A stretch of 64,000 bases of DNA from Candidatus Saccharimonadota bacterium (GTDB lineage: Bacteria > Patescibacteriota > Saccharimonadia > Saccharimonadales > Saccharimonadaceae): the NCBI GenBank assembly GCA_009786195.1, contig WQTP01000043.1:24503-88502 (forward strand), given 5' to 3'. The notes under the pieces are model-generated. The model was not told where the DNA came from. It was given only the letters and a program-made list of their open reading frames with translations, and made no database searches. Positions within the stretch are counted from its first letter, which is position 1, and every line of letters starts with the position of its first letter. Position numbers and translations under genes: made by a program. Shown here one piece after another: positions 61,372-64,000 of this stretch.

Positions 61372-63102
61372 TTACATTTTTTCCGGCGCAACGATCCCTA
61401 GAACACCCAAACCGTTACGTAAAATATCAGCGTACGCAGCTACTAAACACGTCCGAATACCCGCCCGCGGGTCACCTTCGACGCGCGAATTTTCGTAGAA
61501 ACGATTGAAAATCTGTGCTAATTCGTACATATAAGTACAAATCACGTGTGGTGCTAATTCATCCACCGCCGTTGTTAGAATCTCTGGCCATTCGGTTAAT
61601 TTAACCAAGAGTGGACGTTCGTATTCGTCAAAATCTTGATTTTCGGACAAAGAATTCTGTTTATCAAAACCAATTTTTCTCAATATTGATCGCGCTCGAG
61701 CGTGTGAATATTGCAAATACGGACCACTGTTGCCCTGCGCATTCACGGACGTTTCTGGTTCGAAAATAATATCCGGACCCAGACGATTCTTGAGCAACGC
61801 ATAACGTACCGCGCCGAGCACCGTGTCTTGATTTATCGCACCTTGTGCTTCTTTTTGATAATTTTCGACCATATCCAAAACATCTTCAGCTTTCAAAAAA
61901 TTCCCCAAACGACTGGCCATTTTGACCGCGCCCGCCAACTTCATCATACCGTGCGTGATATGTTCGGTCCGCGCGGCCAGTTCGGGTTCGAATTGTTCGA
62001 TACTTTTGATAACTACTTTCATGTAATCAATGATGTCGACGCCGGTGATGATAAACGATTTATCAAAGTGATAATCCTGCCATTTTGTTAGACTGAGTCC
62101 CACGTCCTTTGCTTCGTACGTCGGCAATCCTTCACTGTTGATAAACACGCGAGTGTGTAATCCGTACGGTTCACCGTCAAAGATAATCGCACCGTTACTT
62201 TCTTTAAAAACGCTTTTTTTGGTTTGTTCCTGAACGGTTTTTAAACCCAAGGGCGCGGTGGCACTTTCAGGATAATATTTTTCGAATTGCACGTCGATGC
62301 GATCATAAAAATTATCAAAGTATTCATATGACCAAGACCGACACGTCCAATAAATCCTAGCAAACGGTGTATCGTGTTCGTCCATATCGAAAAGTTGGTA
62401 AATTCGTTTGTTAATATCGGCGATTTCGGTTTTAGTTTCGTCGTTTTCGTATGCTTTGTTACCGTCGACGTACGAACTGGCCACCCATTGCATGCGTTCG
62501 CCGATCGGTAAATCGGTCGGTAGATTTTCGGGATTTTCGCCACCCAATTTGGTGATAATACCCCATATGCACTTGGCCACATGCATACCAACATCACCGC
62601 CGAAATTAACCCGATGAACTTCGCCGCCGGCTAATTCGATTAATCGCGAAATCGCATCACCAACAATCGAAGTATAGAGATGTCCAACGTGCAAAACTTT
62701 GAATGGATTAGGATCGGAAAATTCAGTCACGACAATTTGATTTTTATAAGTTTCGGGACGACCATAATCGTTCGGCGTCGCCAGCATCGTGTTCAATTCG
62801 TGCGTCAAATACGCGTCGGACAATCGCATATTAATAAATCCCGCCCCAGCGACTTCGACACTGGTGAAATCATCGTGATTTTTTAGTTCTGCGGCGATTT
62901 GTTCAGCAATTTCGCGGGGCCGTCCTGCGACGGCTTTGCCGTCGGAGGCTGCCGGATTTTTACCCAAACGTCCCGCCAGTGTTAGTGCCACATTAGTTGC
63001 TAAATCGCCAAATTTCGCCTCGGGACGCGACAAAACCACCCCCGTGTTTAGGTCAAATAAATCTTTCACCACTTTGGTGATAATTTCCAAAATTCTCTCC
63101 AT
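61372..63102 (-). CDS. argS: Arginine--tRNA ligase
   Basis: The HIGH-type motif is PFKVLHVGHLYTS and a C-terminal DALR anticodon-binding region is present. The start is set to ATG 63102 (MERILE), 7 nt after TGCTACAAT (63110-63118), which overlaps the ORF-track start at 63111. Confidence 0.9.
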   Translation of the reverse strand: MERILEIITKVVKDLFDLNTGVVLSRPEAKFGDLATNVALTLAGRLGKNPAASDGKAVAGRPREIAEQIAAELKNHDDFTSVEVAGAGFINMRLSDAYLTHELNTMLATPNDYGRPETYKNQIVVTEFSDPNPFKVLHVGHLYTSIVGDAISRLIELAGGEVHRVNFGGDVGMHVAKCIWGIITKLGGENPENLPTDLPIGERMQWVASSYVDGNKAYENDETKTEIADINKRIYQLFDMDEHDTPFARIYWTCRSWSYEYFDNFYDRIDVQFEKYYPESATAPLGLKTVQEQTKKSVFKESNGAIIFDGEPYGLHTRVFINSEGLPTYEAKDVGLSLTKWQDYHFDKSFIITGVDIIDYMKVVIKSIEQFEPELAARTEHITHGMMKLAGAVKMASRLGNFLKAEDVLDMVENYQKEAQGAINQDTVLGAVRYALLKNRLGPDIIFEPETSVNAQGNSGPYLQYSHARARSILRKIGFDKQNSLSENQDFDEYERPLLVKLTEWPEILTTAVDELAPHVICTYMYELAQIFNRFYENSRVEGDPRAGIRTCLVAAYADILRNGLGVLGIVAPEKM

Positions 63103-63322
63103 TATAAACATTGTAGCACAACATCACACCTATGTTCAGCGAAGTTTATTAGTACAAACCTTCGACTGTCTAAGTTTTTTAGTCTCTCAATAATTTCTAC
63201 CAACGCGATAAAATGTAGTGAATCGTCAATTTCTTTCCCATAATTTAATGTGCTTTCTGTTTTTTATAACGTTTTTCAAAAAAGTTATTGACCTTCAAGT
63301 TACTTGATAGTTTATATTATGC

Positions 63323-63378
63323 TGTGATGGAAAGTGGTGACGGCTTACTACTGCAAGGTCAACCCACTTTCCATCACA
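63323..63378 (+). promoter_or_regulatory. 5'-proximal 15-bp perfect hairpin (TGTGATGGAAAGTGG / CCACTTTCCATCACA, 26-nt loop) in the leader of the Gre-like gene
   Basis: Read directly. It begins just downstream of a TTGACC (63288-63293) / TATATTAT promoter-like region. A second small hairpin, CCGT-AAGAAC-ACGG, follows. Confidence 0.5.
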
Positions 63379-63420
63379 ATTTTAACTATCCGTAAGAACA
63401 CGGAAGAGAGGAGCGAGAGG

Positions 63421-63660
63421 ATGAAGGGAGAAAAATATTTAACTAAACAGAAACTGCTGGAAATGCAAGTTGAGTTAAATTATTTAACAGAGTGTTGCGA
63501 TCCTAAAATAGAAAAACTATTAGATAGAACTCGTTCCGTAAATTGTTTAAGTTGGAGTCGTATTAGAAACGAACAAGTTTTGATCAAAAAAAGAATTGTT
63601 GAATTAACCACCCAAATAAGAAACGCTTCAATCACTGAAGACGTTATGGTGACTCAATAA
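63421..63660 (+). CDS. Small GreA/GreB N-terminal-domain-like coiled-coil protein (no C-terminal domain)
   Basis: The SD GAGAGGAGCGAGAGG precedes ATG 63421. YLTKQKLLEMQVELNYL...RIVELTTQIRNASI parallels the GreA N-terminal coiled coil. The acidic tip residues are not evident. Confidence 0.4.
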   Translation: MKGEKYLTKQKLLEMQVELNYLTECCDPKIEKLLDRTRSVNCLSWSRIRNEQVLIKKRIVELTTQIRNASITEDVMVTQ

Positions 63661-63692
63661 TACTAACTGATGTCAGATCCAAGTTCAAATCT

Positions 63693-64000
63693 TCAGGTGA
63701 TAGCTACGCAAACTTGTGCTAAATATTGAGATGGATCTTTGATACAAATTTCATCATGTAGATATATAACATATACAGCCCCAGAGGTGGTAAGTGAATT
63801 ATCTTTGATATAATTTGTCATTCTCTCTGGCAAATCTCCAAATTGACTATAATATCCACGTGAAAAACCAACTACATAGCGCCCTGCTGGACGACTATCG
63901 TGACCAGTTGGATCAGCCGAAAAGAATCGTTGAGGTTCTCCGGGTTTTTTCATGAATTCATCCCAATTTTCGTGCATTCCGCCAATCGGAAAATCGAGGT
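63693..64000 (-). CDS. GyrI-like (SOUL/AraC effector-binding-like) small-molecule-binding domain protein, 5' end beyond window
   Basis: The frame stays open to base 64000 (..LDFPIGGMHENWDEF..). The C-terminus is ...GAVYVIYLHDEICIKDPSQYLAQVCVAI. Confidence 0.5.
   Translation of the reverse strand, partial: LDFPIGGMHENWDEFMKKPGEPQRFFSADPTGHDSRPAGRYVVGFSRGYYSQFGDLPERMTNYIKDNSLTTSGAVYVIYLHDEICIKDPSQYLAQVCVAIT

Noticed and set aside
1-64000. Search for CRISPR arrays, transposases/IS elements, rRNA genes, restriction-modification or toxin-antitoxin pairs
   Set aside because: I found no short direct-repeat/spacer array, no DDE or serine transposase motifs, no rRNA signatures and no obvious defence gene pairs. 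The only tandem repeats are protein-coding (49530-50384).

Overview
This is a gene-dense window of about 90 features, mostly on the minus strand, and roughly 40-45% GC by eye. The gene content looks like a reduced-genome, monoderm-like CPR/Patescibacteria organism, most plausibly a Saccharibacteria (TM7)-type episymbiont. That placement is inferred from gene content, not from a search.

Main blocks:
- **Left end:** rplT (partial), RNase P RNA, and a housekeeping run (rpmB, miaA, thrS, HAD hydrolases, an alkyltransferase-like protein).
- **Arginine deiminase operon (10172-14945):** complete arcA-arcB-arcD-arcC. It is followed by an unusual 540-bp non-coding region carrying a consensus promoter, an orphan structured transcript and phased repeats.
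- **15488-20825:** a processive GT2 synthase with a small membrane partner, plus tRNA genes (Val upstream at 8480; Gly, Thr, Asp, Arg here).
- **Type IV pilus locus (21983-36140), next to a Xer-like tyrosine recombinase:** pilM-N-O-x-B-T-C-A, terminator, pgi-pilD, three minor pilins and a PilX-like protein. There is no secretin. One minor pilin carries a large ALK/LTK-type glycine-rich domain.
- **36223-48346:** ychF, tlyA, efp, rpsF-ssb-rpsR, polA, rpoD and ABC transporters.
- **Large surface protein (48348-51047):** PKD-like segment, eight 36-aa BspA/DUF285-like repeats and a PPNTG sorting-like signal.
- **Right end:** dnaG (zinc ligands lost), orn plus a DHH phosphoesterase, class II RNR with NrdR boxes, and argS.

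Cross-cutting observations:
- An extended -10 box sits 6-8 nt upstream of the ATG of at least nine genes, suggesting leaderless mRNAs.
- There are five homopolymer tracts, each exactly C9 on the plus strand (G9 in minus-strand coding sequence). One of them frameshifts a Nudix gene.
- Diverged direct repeats of about 50-65 nt bracket the pilus locus.

No CRISPR array, transposase, rRNA or obvious defence system was seen. All calls come from reading motifs by eye; no database search was possible.
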